The translations under genes and the position numbers were made by a program. DNA of 61,630 nt from Octopus bimaculoides (Eukaryota). This document shows positions 28,275-40,200 of this stretch, piece after piece. The stretch is taken from positions 16,384,892 to 16,446,521 of the forward strand of contig NC_068997.1 in the NCBI RefSeq assembly GCF_001194135.2, given 5' to 3'. A model generated the notes under the pieces. The model worked only from the letters and a program-made list of their open reading frames with translations, was not told where the DNA came from and made no database searches. The stretch's first letter is position 1. Every line of letters begins with the position of its first letter.

Positions 28275-28565
28275 TGGCCTAGTGGATACGGTCTTGCACT
28301 CACAATTTCAAGATCATCATTTCAGTTCCTGGACCGGGTGGTATATTGTGTTCTTGAACAAAACACTTCATTTCACGTTGCTCTGCGATCACTTCACCAC
28401 CTGACGCGTGGCACACTGTGCACCTGTTCAGACAACATCGATCTGATGGAGGGAGTGAGCTAATGCACAACGCATACATCTGATCACTATAAGCAAATCA
28501 TTTGTGCAGGTCTTTTGGCAAAAAAGCTGAACACTGATACATCGTCTTCGATGGGAGAGTCCGTC
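28275..28565 (+). mobile_element. Probable tRNA-headed SINE (family 3)
   Basis: A-box-like TGGCCTAGTGG, a degenerate B-box (ttcagttcc), then tgtgttcttgaacaaaacacttcatttcac, typical of SINE bodies. There is no second copy in the window to confirm it. Confidence 0.45.
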
Positions 28566-28819
28566 ATTATTAATTTAGATTTCCAATATATTCCTTCAAA
28601 TTATTACTATTAGTGTATCCATGGTTTTAGGCTCAGTCAACAAACTTAGAGACTGGTGTACCAACAAAGGTCACAGTTCAGTGATTGTGAACTGGTTATA
28701 GAACTGGAAATATATATATTTGTGTATTTTTATATAAATGTTGTATATGTGTGCACACATAAATAATATAAATATATATATATTCTGCTAATTACTAATA
28801 TCAACTTGTATCATTTCAG

Positions 28820-29665
28820 GTAATGGTGCGAACCAAGACCAAGTCCTTATGTGTCCCTATTGCAATTATACCAGTATAAGTGAAATGAGAATCCAGGCTC
28901 ATGTTCTAGCACAGCATACCACACCTAAGTCCCCGACCACAACACCATCATCGACCCCAGCGTTGCCAAATACCAACATCTGCTGCCCACTTTGCCAGGA
29001 TGACTTTCGCGAGAAAAGGCCACTGGAAAATCACCTCATCCAGGTGCACAATGTGTCGCCCGAGGGCATGCACCGCTTGCTGGCTATGGTGGATCAAGAG
29101 TGGTTAGCGAATGCTGGAGGTAACTGCAATCCAAGTAACAACAGCAACAGTAATAATAATAATAATAACAGTAGTAGTAGTAGTAATACTAATGCTAACA
29201 ACAGTGGCAGTGTGAGCAACAGCAACAACAGCAGCGGTGGCTCTACCATTGCTGCCTCCAGCACCAACACCTCTACGACAACCACCACTACCACCACCAT
29301 CACCACGTCCACCACATCTACGACCAGCAGCAATAGTAATAGCAACTGCAACAGCAGCAATTCATCTTTGAACACTAACAACGGCAGCAGCATCAACAGC
29401 AATAACTGCAGCAGTACAAACACTACAACCACCACCACCAACAGCAACACCACTGCCAACAACAACTGTAGTAATAATAACAACAACAACAACATTTCCA
29501 TTGCAACAACTACCAACACAACAGTGACAACGATAGCAGGCAGTGGCCTGTTGCCTACGATTAACAAAGGCTTGTCTTTCCCTTCAGCCATGTTGCCGTT
29601 TGAAGATGCCAAAGATGGTAACTTGGATCCATTGGAATTAGAAGATGCTTATTTAGGTGAAGATG
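28820..29665 (+). CDS. ZFHX3/4 (zfh2): ZFHX3/4 (zfh2)-like zinc-finger homeobox protein, internal exon A (846 nt, phase 1-1): two C2H2 fingers followed by an Asn/Ser/Thr-rich tract
   Basis: Acceptor tcatttcAG ends at 28819 and donor G|GTAAG starts at 29666. The frame is open: NGANQDQVLMCPYCNYTSISEMRIQAHVLAQH...ICCPLCQDDFREKRPLENHLIQVHNVSPEGMHRLL. This resembles, from recall, the CPYC..RIQMHVLSQH / CCPLC..HLTHLHSVSP finger pair of vertebrate ZFHX3/4. Its phase matches the next exon. Confidence 0.93.
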
Positions 29666-29812
29666 GTAAGAAGGAACTATTATTTTCGGTTGGAGAGCAC
29701 TTACTTTTCTGTTGATTGCTTGTTTGTGTGTGTATCTGTGATGAATTCTCTCTCTTTATATGGTAAACACATATGTTCATCTTGCGCGAATCTTGTTCAA
29801 GAACATTCTTTG

Positions 29813-30005
29813 GGCTCCAATCTGATTTGGCAGAGTTTCTACAGCTGGATGCCCTTCCTAACGCCAAACACTCCGAGAGTGTAGTGGGTGCTTTTACGTG
29901 CCACCGGCATGAAGGCCAGTCAGGTGGGTACTGGCAACGGCCACACTCGAAATGGTGTATTTTACGTGCCACCTGCACAGGAGCCAGTCCAGCGGCACTG
30001 GCACA
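29813..30005 (-). mobile_element. Same RTE-related repeat, 150 nt downstream of exon A
   Basis: ggctccaatctgatttggcagagtttctacagctggatgcccttcctaacgccaaacactccgagagtgtagt is shared with 44783-44855. Confidence 0.7.
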
Positions 30006-30643
30006 GCATCTATTTTCTCATGTTAGCATGGATTAATGAGGGGCAGTCTTTTATTTCTAGACATACTTGTTGTCACCAGAGTTGTTGTCTCATTTTCAAG
30101 CCCTTTTCATTCTACTAGTTTCCAAAAATGCTTTGAAGACCCATTGTAACATCAACAAAGGGCATAGACATCATGTTAGCAGCCTATCTTGAATGTTGCA
30201 TATCTACATCATGAACATTCTTAAATGTGTGTTTCCTGAAATATCATTTGAAATGCGTGTGTGACTGTGTATATGTATGTGTTTACATGTATATTTGTCG
30301 TGAGCATGCCCCCCACTGTGTAAATTCATAGGACAATATTATCTTCTAATGATTTAATGTTAAATACGGCAGAGTGTCAACAGTCAAGGTGAGAACTATT
30401 CAATGGCTAATTGTTCACTTACAGATGGACTCTCTATTGTGTTTAAGGTACCGAGGTACCGTTTGGGCCACACTCTTGTACAGTCTCTCATTTTCTCTCT
30501 TTGCTCTCCTTCTCTTATACACACACATATACACTCTATTGAATTCATGACTGCAATTTCACTTTTCTCAAACTGACTGAACTTAAAGTTCTGATATTCT
30601 TGCCTTTCAACCAACCTCTCATTCCAAGAGCATAGACACACAT

Positions 30644-30707
<64 letters not shown>

Positions 30708-30870
30708 NNNNNNNNNNNNNNNNNNNNNNNNNNNNNNNNNNNNNNNNNNNNNNNNNNNNNNNNNNNNNNNNNNNNNNNNNNNNNNNNNNNNNNNNNNNNN
30801 NNNNNNNNNNNNNNNNNNNNNNNNNNNNNNNNNNNNNNNNNNNNNNNNNNNNNNNNNNNNNNNNNNNNNN

Positions 30871-30923
<53 letters not shown>

Positions 30924-31173
30924 CATACACATGCACTCAGTCTTGTATGTGTGTATTTGCAGCAAACACACATTGATACATGCATTATTACACTTCATAT
31001 AGATACGTGTATTTTTGCATACAAAGATGTGTGTGTATGTACACACACACACACAGTATATGCTACATGCCATCTGTTGTCCATAATTTGCTGTCAGCTA
31101 TGACATTGCACTAATGGCCACTTACACCACCACCACCACCACCACAATCATCATCTCCTCTGTCATAGAGACT

Positions 31174-31210
<37 letters not shown>

Positions 31211-31336
31211 NNNNNNNNNNNNNNNNNNNNNNNNNNNNNNNNNNNNNNNNNNNNNNNNNNNNNNNNNNNNNNNNNNNNNNNNNNNNNNNNNNNNNNNNNN
31301 NNNNNNNNNNNNNNNNNNNNCTCTGTCATAGAGACT

Positions 31337-31376
<40 letters not shown>

Positions 31377-31561
31377 CTATAGTTCTTTTCTTTCTTGGAC
31401 TCTCTCTTTCACCTCATGTTTGTCTTACCTTCACCTCTCTAGATTATCTTCTATCTTTTTCTTTCTCTCTGTAGCATTTAGGTTTTCTTCTTTCTTTTTT
31501 TTTTACTCTCTCTCTCTCTCTCTCTCTCATGTGCACAAACTCAGATGAATTCTTCCCCTCT

Positions 31562-31598
<37 letters not shown>

Positions 31599-31767
31599 TC
31601 TTCTCTATAAAATGAGAGAATCAATAAATTACTTTGATAATCTATGTGAAGTCGGCAAAACATGTCGGCCACTTGCCCCAAGCAAGCCATCTGCTACTGA
31701 TAGCTCTTCTACCTTGAATTTTCTTTTTTCTTTTACATTCAACTTTATTTTAAATTTATTTCATCTA

Positions 31768-31818
<51 letters not shown>

Positions 31819-33496
31819 CCTTATCGTTATCATTAGTGTTATTATTACCATTGTTGTTGTCACTATTATTAACCTAGCAATAAATTTCACTGGTTTCACA
31901 GAGCAAATCATCACAGGGCCACAGCTGGCTTGGCACAGCGTCGTCGTCATCGTCGTCGTTGTTGTTGTTGTTGCTAGAACAGAAAGAGGCTAGCTTGTGG
32001 ATTTCTAATGCATACCAGTCACTGTATTCATACCTTACTAATTTAGATTGTATCGACAACCTTGCCTCTGCAATTATTACCTACTACCACCATCATCATC
32101 ATCATCGTCATCGTCATCACTGTGCTCTTACCTCAGCCCCGACTAAATTGATAAATCATTGATTGGCTGATTCTTTCCCCAACTCTGAAGCAAGCAGGAA
32201 GTGTTGTCTTCCTTGCTTTGTTAGGGATCATATCTTCTGCAGAAGGTGCAAGCTAACAAAGGCTATAACTCCCCATGACACCTATTTACTGCCGAGTGAG
32301 CTACATAGGTTCAGTGCTTGGGGCAAAAGGCAAAGGTGCCGGTGATGGACTATGAATGGAGGGTCAAATGTATGGCTCAAACATCATTGGAGTTAATCTG
32401 TCCTTTTATCCACCTCATCTTACTGCTGACATCAATACTGAGACATCAGAGAGGTTTGCAATCCCAATCACAAGATAATCGGCACAAGACTCCTCACTGA
32501 TCATCACATGGGGAACATGGTTGCATCTGTAACCATGATCTACCCAGGTGGTCAGAATTTACAATATATCTAGTTAGTTAACTATATCCCTCCACTCATT
32601 TTAGATTTTGATACTTGTAATAAAATGAGAAAAGAAAATTAAAAGTAAATCAGATGAAAAATACAGTTTATTTGTGTGTATGTATAATATTTACACACAT
32701 GCACATATATATATATATATATATATATAAAATCTTTCATATTGAAGTTGTTATGAAATCAACCTACTTAATCTTATATAATGCATGTCATTTTCACTAT
32801 GTGGGAGTGTGTGTGTGTGTGTGTTTGTTTTTTTATTTAATGTTTGCTTGTCTTTTCTATTCATTTAAATGAATTCCAACTGGCCAGGGTGTGCCACATC
32901 ATTAAATGGCAGATATCTCACCTATCTATCTACCTTCCTATACAAACACACATACATACATATGCACATGGTTATATATCTGTGTGTATACAAACTTCTG
33001 TGTGAGTGTGTGTGAGTGTAAAACATGGACATTAAATGATGAACAATCATATATGTGTGTGTGTGTTTGTGTATGCATGTATGTATTGAGAGGGTGGAGA
33101 CGTGTTAGTGTGTGTTATATGATGAATGCAAGTATTGTAGTTCGTTTCTCAATTCTTAATGATGAGTTCTCCGAGATGATCCGACTGTGTAGCATCTTGG
33201 ACAGTGGTCTTACCAAAGTTAAGTCTTATAAATTACACTTGGATTGACAAAAACTGTATCATGCTTGGAGAGGTACATCAAAGGTACCTGTGTTTCAACA
33301 AGATAGTCCTTCTTGCGCACAAGTTGTTTGTTTATATTTGTGCTATACCTATATGTATATAGGGTGAAATATTCGTAATTGATAAGTCTTGAAATAAAAA
33401 GAAAATGCTATATAAGTTTTCTGTCGTCTCATCATTGAATATTAAGTCTGAAAGAAGTCTGCTTTAATTCAAATTCATCAAAGATAATTATGTATG

Positions 33497-33535
<39 letters not shown>

Positions 33536-33615
33536 CATCATCATTTAACGTCCATTGTCCATGCTGGTATGGGTTGGACAATTTGACCAGGGCTGGCAAG
33601 CTGCAAGGCTGCACG
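33536..33615 (-). mobile_element. Short terminal fragment of the same RTE-related repeat
   Basis: catcatcatttaacgtccattgtccatgctggtatgggttggacaatttgac matches 44698-44752. Confidence 0.6.
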
Positions 33616-33875
33616 AGACTCTATATATTTTATTTATTATAATAATAAGATGAGAGAATAGAAAGGTAATTAATAAGTTATTAGTTATTAATTTAAAAAA
33701 TGACAAACAACCCTTACAGCTGTTTCAGTTCAGGCCCTCAGAAAATTAATTAATGAAATTAAAAATCATTTGAAAGTCTAATCTCTTCAGAGGTAGATAA
33801 AGGTATACAAAATAGGTGTTCAGTTTCCTCATATTGAGTAAATGGCTGCAATATATATATGTATATATATATATA

Positions 33876-34225
33876 TTGCTTACCAACCACATGGTTCTGG
33901 GTTCAGTCCCACTGCATGGTACTTTGGGCAAGTGTCTTCTACTATAGCTTTGAGCCAACCAAAGTGAGTGGATTTGGTTGATGGAAACTGAAAGAAGCCC
34001 ATCATATATGTGTTTGTTTGTCTGTGTTTGTCCCCCTCACCATCACTTGACAACCGATGCTGGTGTGTTTATGTCCCCATAACTTAATGGTTCACCAAAA
34101 GAAACTGATCGAATAAGTACTAGGCTTACAAAGTGTAAGTCCCGGGGTAGATTCCTCCGACTAAAAGCGGTGCTCCAGCATGACCACAGTGAAATGACTG
34201 AAACAGATAAAAGAAAAAGAAAGAA
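33876..34225 (+). mobile_element. SINE family 1 copy, 5'-truncated at an (AT)n tract
   Basis: ttgcttaccaaccacatggttctgggttcagtcccactgc...ttgacaaccgatgctggtgtgttta...gcggtgctccagcatg matches the copy at 60209-60600. Confidence 0.85.
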
Positions 34226-35310
34226 CTGTGTGTGTGTGTAGACATGTAATATAACCCATGGTTGTGGATTTCCATGATAGATCCTTAGCTTGTCCATCAC
34301 GACCTTACCTCTCTCCTGTTTCGCTATTCCATTTAAACTCTCCTTGTAATTCATTCATCAAATAATTACACACTGCAGTTGGTGCGAGTGTTGCTGCTGT
34401 AGTTGTTGTTATTGTTTCAGTTAGAGACAGCGTACACGTCTTGATTCTCTTCTTTCAAATGGGTCAAAGATTAAACTACTTGTCTGCAATTTTATACACC
34501 TTGTATAGGAAAGAAAAATGTGTGTGTGCGCTCTTCTTGAATTTTGTAATTTCATTCCTAAGGAGATGTGAAGGAAGTTTAATTAGATATGTTTGCTTTC
34601 TTTCTTTCTTTCTTTCTTTCTTCTCATGCTTTATTCCCCCCCCCCCTTATTCTCTCCCCACCACTCTTTATTTCTCTTTCTCACCCTCTCTCGGTCCCTG
34701 TTGTCTCATGAAACCATAACCCTCAGGATCGCGGTTTCGTGGTTGTTCAGTGATGGTGGTCATGGTCATGATGATGATGATTGTATGTTGGGATGTTGTT
34801 GGTAGACAGCTTATTAAGTAAATAGTGTTTGTTGTTGTAGTGGTGGTGGTGGTAAGGTGGTATGGAATATAAGGTCAGTAGTGGTATTGGTAGAGAATAT
34901 GAAATTAGCTATATTGGTGTTAGTTTGAGGTCAGATATTGTGATGGTAGAGAGAAAATAAGGTTGATAATGTTGACTGTGGTGGTGATGGCGATATGAAG
35001 TGAGTGGGTGGTGGTGGTGGTGTTGGTAATTTTATTTTTTGTTTTTCTTTTTTTTTTGTCTACCATTGGCCTAAAACCCTGATTCATAGTATATAAAGGA
35101 AGCTATTTGCATATTAATTAAAAGACTAAAGAAACAGGCTTCTTTCTTTCTTCTTTATCTTAGTTTTTTTTTTTCGTTTTTCATTCTCTTTTTTTTTTGT
35201 CATTCTCATTTGATATTACATTCACACATCCACATATATAGATTTGTAGATGTATCAAATGTCTATACACACATCTATATCCCTTGTTAATAAAAAAAAA
35301 TAACCTAGTT

Positions 35311-35361
<51 letters not shown>

Positions 35362-35535
35362 TATGTGTGTATGTATACAAGTACTTTTTTTTTTTTATAA
35401 TCTTCCATCTTTTCTCTCTTGCTGTCTATTTATTATCCATCACCTTGTCTTCCATTTGATTAACCTGGCTTTCTTTCCAATTGTTTATGTACCATGTATT
35501 TCTTGCTCCCTAGAACTATCTATCTATCTATATAC

Positions 35536-35575
<40 letters not shown>

Positions 35576-35979
35576 ACACACACCTCTCTACCTGTTTTGC
35601 TGTTAATGGTTGTGTATTCTCTCTCTCTCTCTCTCTCTGATCTACTTCTTCCCCCCCTCCCTTCTCTCTAATTGTTTCTGTCTTTCTATTTGTTTCTTGG
35701 TTTGTCTTCTTTCTAATCATCCCCTCCTTACCCTGGCACCTATCCCTGTCTTTATTCTGTTGTTGTTGTTGTGGTTGTTGTTTATTAACACAATGGAAAC
35801 AATTTATTAATGCTGACACTCAACCCAAATATGTCAGCCAGTTTAGATAACTTGATGACTGAGTGCAATGTGGCTACTTTAAAGACAGTCAGGGTGGAGT
35901 GAGATGAGTTGAGGTGTGAGTGGAGGTGGAGAGAGAGAGAGTGTGTGTGTGTGTGGAGGAGTGGTAGATAAGTATGTGC

Positions 35980-36019
<40 letters not shown>

Positions 36020-37282
36020 AACAGAGAAAAAGGTAGATAAGAGAGAACCGGAGAGGTGTGTTGGGGGTGAATAGTTGGAAAGGCGAGTTAGAGAAAGAGA
36101 GTATGATTGAGGTAAGTCTACCTAATGAAGAGAACAAGAGAGAGGGGAAGAGAGAGAAAATGTAAAGGGGTCGTAAAGAAGAGAGATAAGTTGAGAGTTA
36201 GGGTGAGTGACAGGGTGAGAGTGGATGTTGAGTTGAGTGGTCTTAGAAGTGGAAGCTGGAGGTGAGGAAGGTCAAGATGAAGAAGGGAGAGAGAGAGAGA
36301 TCCTTACACTTGTTGTCTTGCCCGGTGTCCCATTTCTTTTTAGAGCTGTGTGTCTTTGTATGTATTTGCAGTGTTAAAGGTCTGGCTTCCATACAGAATT
36401 TGTATTTATAAACTTTTATTAGTAGCCAGGAGGAGTGAAGGGTGCCCCCTACTTTGCAGGGGTCCTTTTAGAATGATGGGATTGTTGCTGTGGAAGCCCA
36501 GCTTGAACTTAGGCAGATCAATGTTTGCAGCAAAGACATGGGTTGTGAGTTCCATCTCTGAATGCTTGCAAGGAAAATGAATTCTGCTAAGGGTAACCAA
36601 GACTAAGTGGTAACTTTAAACCAAGGGGCCATGTTATAGGCCTACTATCAAACTTAGGATTCCTATAAAGGGCAAAGAAAATCCAGACAGCTGAGTAGGA
36701 TAAGAAAAAAAATAAAAGAGAGAGAGAGATGTGCTAGTTGCATCATAATGTGGAAACTTAAGTGGATTTCGAGAGTCTCAAAATAAGCATCTTGCTTTTC
36801 CAACCTTTATCTGCAACAAGGAATTGGTTGTAAAGAAAGGCAATTCCTGGAAGTCTGCATCCTCTGTTGCCCCAATAAAGGAGGGCATCATGAATTTAGG
36901 CTTCTTTGTGAATTATATATTTTTTAATTGATATCCTGCAAATATTATACAGTAAATTGAACCAGTTTGATTTATTGTTTGATGGTCGGATATGTCTGTC
37001 TATCCATATATGTATCTATTAGTAAAGGAAACCACCAATCTTATTTGGAAAGGAAGGAGTGATCCTTGTAACGTTCTTGACTTGTGGGTCAAATGGCCAG
37101 TTATAATTTGTTTGCTGATTCAGTTCACTGGCACTTTTTACTTCTTATGATAGAATACTGGTCACAACAATTAACAACATACACACATATGATGATGATG
37201 ATGTATATTTATATGATTAAAAATGCATGTGCATTTATAAATATGTAATGAGTTTTCAATTATTTTCTCTTTTTACTTTCAG

Positions 37283-40200
37283 CAATTGATACTGCAAGCT
37301 TGAGTGAAAAGGAACTGGATGACCAATTTAGATGCCAGACTTGTACACAGACATTCACAAATATAGATTCGCTTTACACTCATCAAAATGATCTTGGGCA
37401 CCTGGAGCTGAAGCAAACGCCACGTGGTCCCGGCTACCTGTGCTGGAAAAAAGGTTGTAATCAGTATTTCAAAACTGGCCACTCATTGCAAGTTCATTTC
37501 CGTGAAATCCATGCCAAACGGCAGAAAATCTCGATATCTGAACGACACGTCTACAAATATAGGTGCAACCAGTGTAGCCTCGCTTTTAAAACTATAGATA
37601 AACTACAGCAACACTCCCACTACCATTTGATTCGAGAATCGACTCGATGCAGCATCTGTGGTCGGAGTTTCCGCTCAACATTGGCCCTGAAAAAACACAT
37701 TGAGCTGGCACATTCTGATGGAACCGAGAACTCTACATCAATACCTGGGGTGCCTGTTAACGATGCTGATCTGCTCAATAGCCAGGCTGGAGGCTGGGGT
37801 ATCTGCTCAAAACTGGATGTTTCCCCTGGACCTGGTTTGATGGCACCCAGTGACATGCCAAGTCTCCATGCAAATTCCATGACCCTGCCGATGAGCTGCA
37901 AAAGCCCATCGTCTATAGACTCTAAACCTTCTATTTCAACTCTAGATCCCATGGGGTCTCTGCTGAGCAGCACATTGATAAAGACGGAACCATTGGATAA
38001 GAGTGAGACTGACAGATCCCTCGCTGCTTTCGAAAGTAGCGCTGATCTCAACAGCGGCATCATGAACGGTGAAAGTAAAGCTGAGCTGACTGATAACTTA
38101 ATGCTGGATGAATCCATTCCAGGTGAAGGCGACGAGGGTAGTTTGGATAGCGTTTCCAGTTCGTATAAAGAGCAACAGTTCATGGAGGACTATATCAACA
38201 GCCAGGCCATTGCTGAAGGCAGTTATGAAGATCCACTGCGTAAGTTCAAATGCCATAGGTGTAAGGTGGCCTTCACAAAGCAGAGTTACTTGACCGCCCA
38301 CAACAAAACTTTACAACACCGGAAAGGGGACAAGTTGAGTTACCCAATGGAAAAGTATTTGGATCCTAATCGTCCTTATAAATGTGATGTATGCAAAGAG
38401 TCCTTCACTCAAAAGAACATTCTACTTGTACATTATAATTCTGTCTCTCATCTGCACAAGCTGAAGCAGACTCAGCAGCTTGGTGGTTTATCGGCGCCAA
38501 TTATGCCAACCTCCTGTACACTGACCTCCTCCACCCCTTCCTCGACTCCTACGCCTACCTCTTGCTCCTCCTCCCCGTCTCCTTCCCTTCTAGCCACAAT
38601 TGCTGTGCCCACTTCAACCTGTCCATCAACCTGTCCATCTATGAGTGCAACTGACTTGGAGAAGAAACCATATCGGTGCAACCTGTGCAAAGTTGCATAC
38701 AACCAAGGTTCAACTTTAGACATACATATCCGTTCTGTTTTGCACCAAGCAAGGGCCTCAAAGCTACCTGAATTCGCGATGTCCGGGCAGATCGACCTGT
38801 CACTCCCTCTTATTGAGCAGCCAGAAGTGCCAAAATCTCAGAATCACTCTCAGCAGCAACACCATCATCTACAGCAGCCGCAACCGTTACCACAGCAACA
38901 TCCACAACCGCATCTGTCTTTATTACCCCAGCCCGATCAACAGAACCTTCATTCTGGCCATTCACAGCTTCCGCTTCAGTTTTCAACTCATTCATCTCAT
39001 TCAAAGCAGCCATCGCTGCCAGACATTCTACAGAAACAGCAGTCATTGGTGACTGCCAACAGCTCTCTATCCCAAGCACCACCTCTCTTGTTCTCTAGCA
39101 TGCCCAGCTCATTGACAGGAATTCCAAATATGCTGCCCATTTCATCTCTATCTACAATATCTTCATCGACTCCTCAACCTGAATTTTCCATTGCCTCTTC
39201 CACGTGTGATGCATTCACTACATCAGCTCTGTCTTCTAGTGGACACCCTGTACCTCTTTTTAGCACCCCAGATTTCGGCATGAACGGCTCACAGGATGAG
39301 ATGTCTTTGAAACTTGCCGAAGGTGGCAGTGGCTCTGATCTCCATGCCATGTCTCCAATGATGAACATAGGCATCCACGCTTGCCAAAACTGCAATTCTG
39401 TGTTCAGCAATCAAGAGACACTGATACAACACCAGCAGAGTTATGGCTGCCTGCAGTCTGGAACAGTCAGTCCACTTTCTCAGTCTGCGCAGAATCTATT
39501 CAAATCACGCAATTATATTACACGTTTCAAGCAGCACGTGCATCGAAACCTGTTGGAAAACATAGGCTTTGAGTGTGTGATGCAGTTTAATGAGTTCAAC
39601 CAGCCATCGAATGTGAAGAAAGAGTGTTGCTCTAGCAGCGACACCAGTGACAAAAAGGCTGAGGACAAGCAGCAGCAGCAAAAGCAGCAGCCATCCTCAC
39701 TGCACTCGCCAAAGGAAAGCATCAAGCAGCTTCCAGAGAAGCAAGTTCCAGAGACACTGAAGACTGATCTTCCAGAGATCAACAAGAGTGTATGCACACG
39801 GTGCAACAAGGAGTTCTCGAGTGTGTGGGTGTTGAAAGCTCACCAAGAGGAAATCCATAAGCTGACCGTTCCAATTGAGTTCATTGAAGAGTTTGGTTCC
39901 AAGTTCAAGAGTAGCTATGAAAAAAGACAGCCCAAAGAACCAGAGCCGCTAATGACGCCAGCACCTCCGCCCCCACCCTTACACATTACACCTGTGTCGC
40001 ACAGTGCACCAACGACACAGCCAGCACCTGTTGCAGCCGTCCCTGCATCGCAACCATCCTCATCTTCATCGTCATCGTCGTCGTCTTCATCATCCCAGGT
40101 GGTGAACGAGAGGGTTCTGCCTCACGGTCAGGACATGGCTATGGGCCAGAATCCGCTTGACTTTTCACAAATGGTACCGATGTTCAACATGATGCACATG

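Larger units (their letters stand above)
1..28819 (+). other. Probable long intron (at least 28.8 kb) upstream of exon A
   Basis: Exon A starts mid-codon at an acceptor, and I found no zinc-finger-coding exon upstream in the window. Small exons could have been missed or could lie inside gaps. Confidence 0.6.
29666..37282 (+). other. GT-AG intron A-B (7617 nt)
   Basis: GTAAGA...TTTCAG; phase 1 at both ends. Confidence 0.88.

Noticed and set aside
29094-29612. Minus-strand poly-Leu/Val ORF, and similar ORFs at 40843-41442, 40863-41195 and 41709-42221, that look like membrane or signal peptides
   Set aside because: These are antisense shadows of the Asn/Ser/Thr triplet repeats in the real exons.
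29666-29715. Tail of the 288-aa ORF (KKELLFSVGEHLLFC*)
   Set aside because: Intronic read-through after the GTAAG donor at 29666.
31150-31372. Repeated ctctgtcatagagactcc(CA)n as a CRISPR-like or tandem unit
   Set aside because: Only two copies, on either side of a gap at a (CA)n tract; an assembly overlap in a eukaryotic context.
37620-38183. 187-aa antisense ORF and other antisense ORFs within exon B
   Set aside because: Expected by-product of codon bias on the coding strand; no independent domain or splice evidence.
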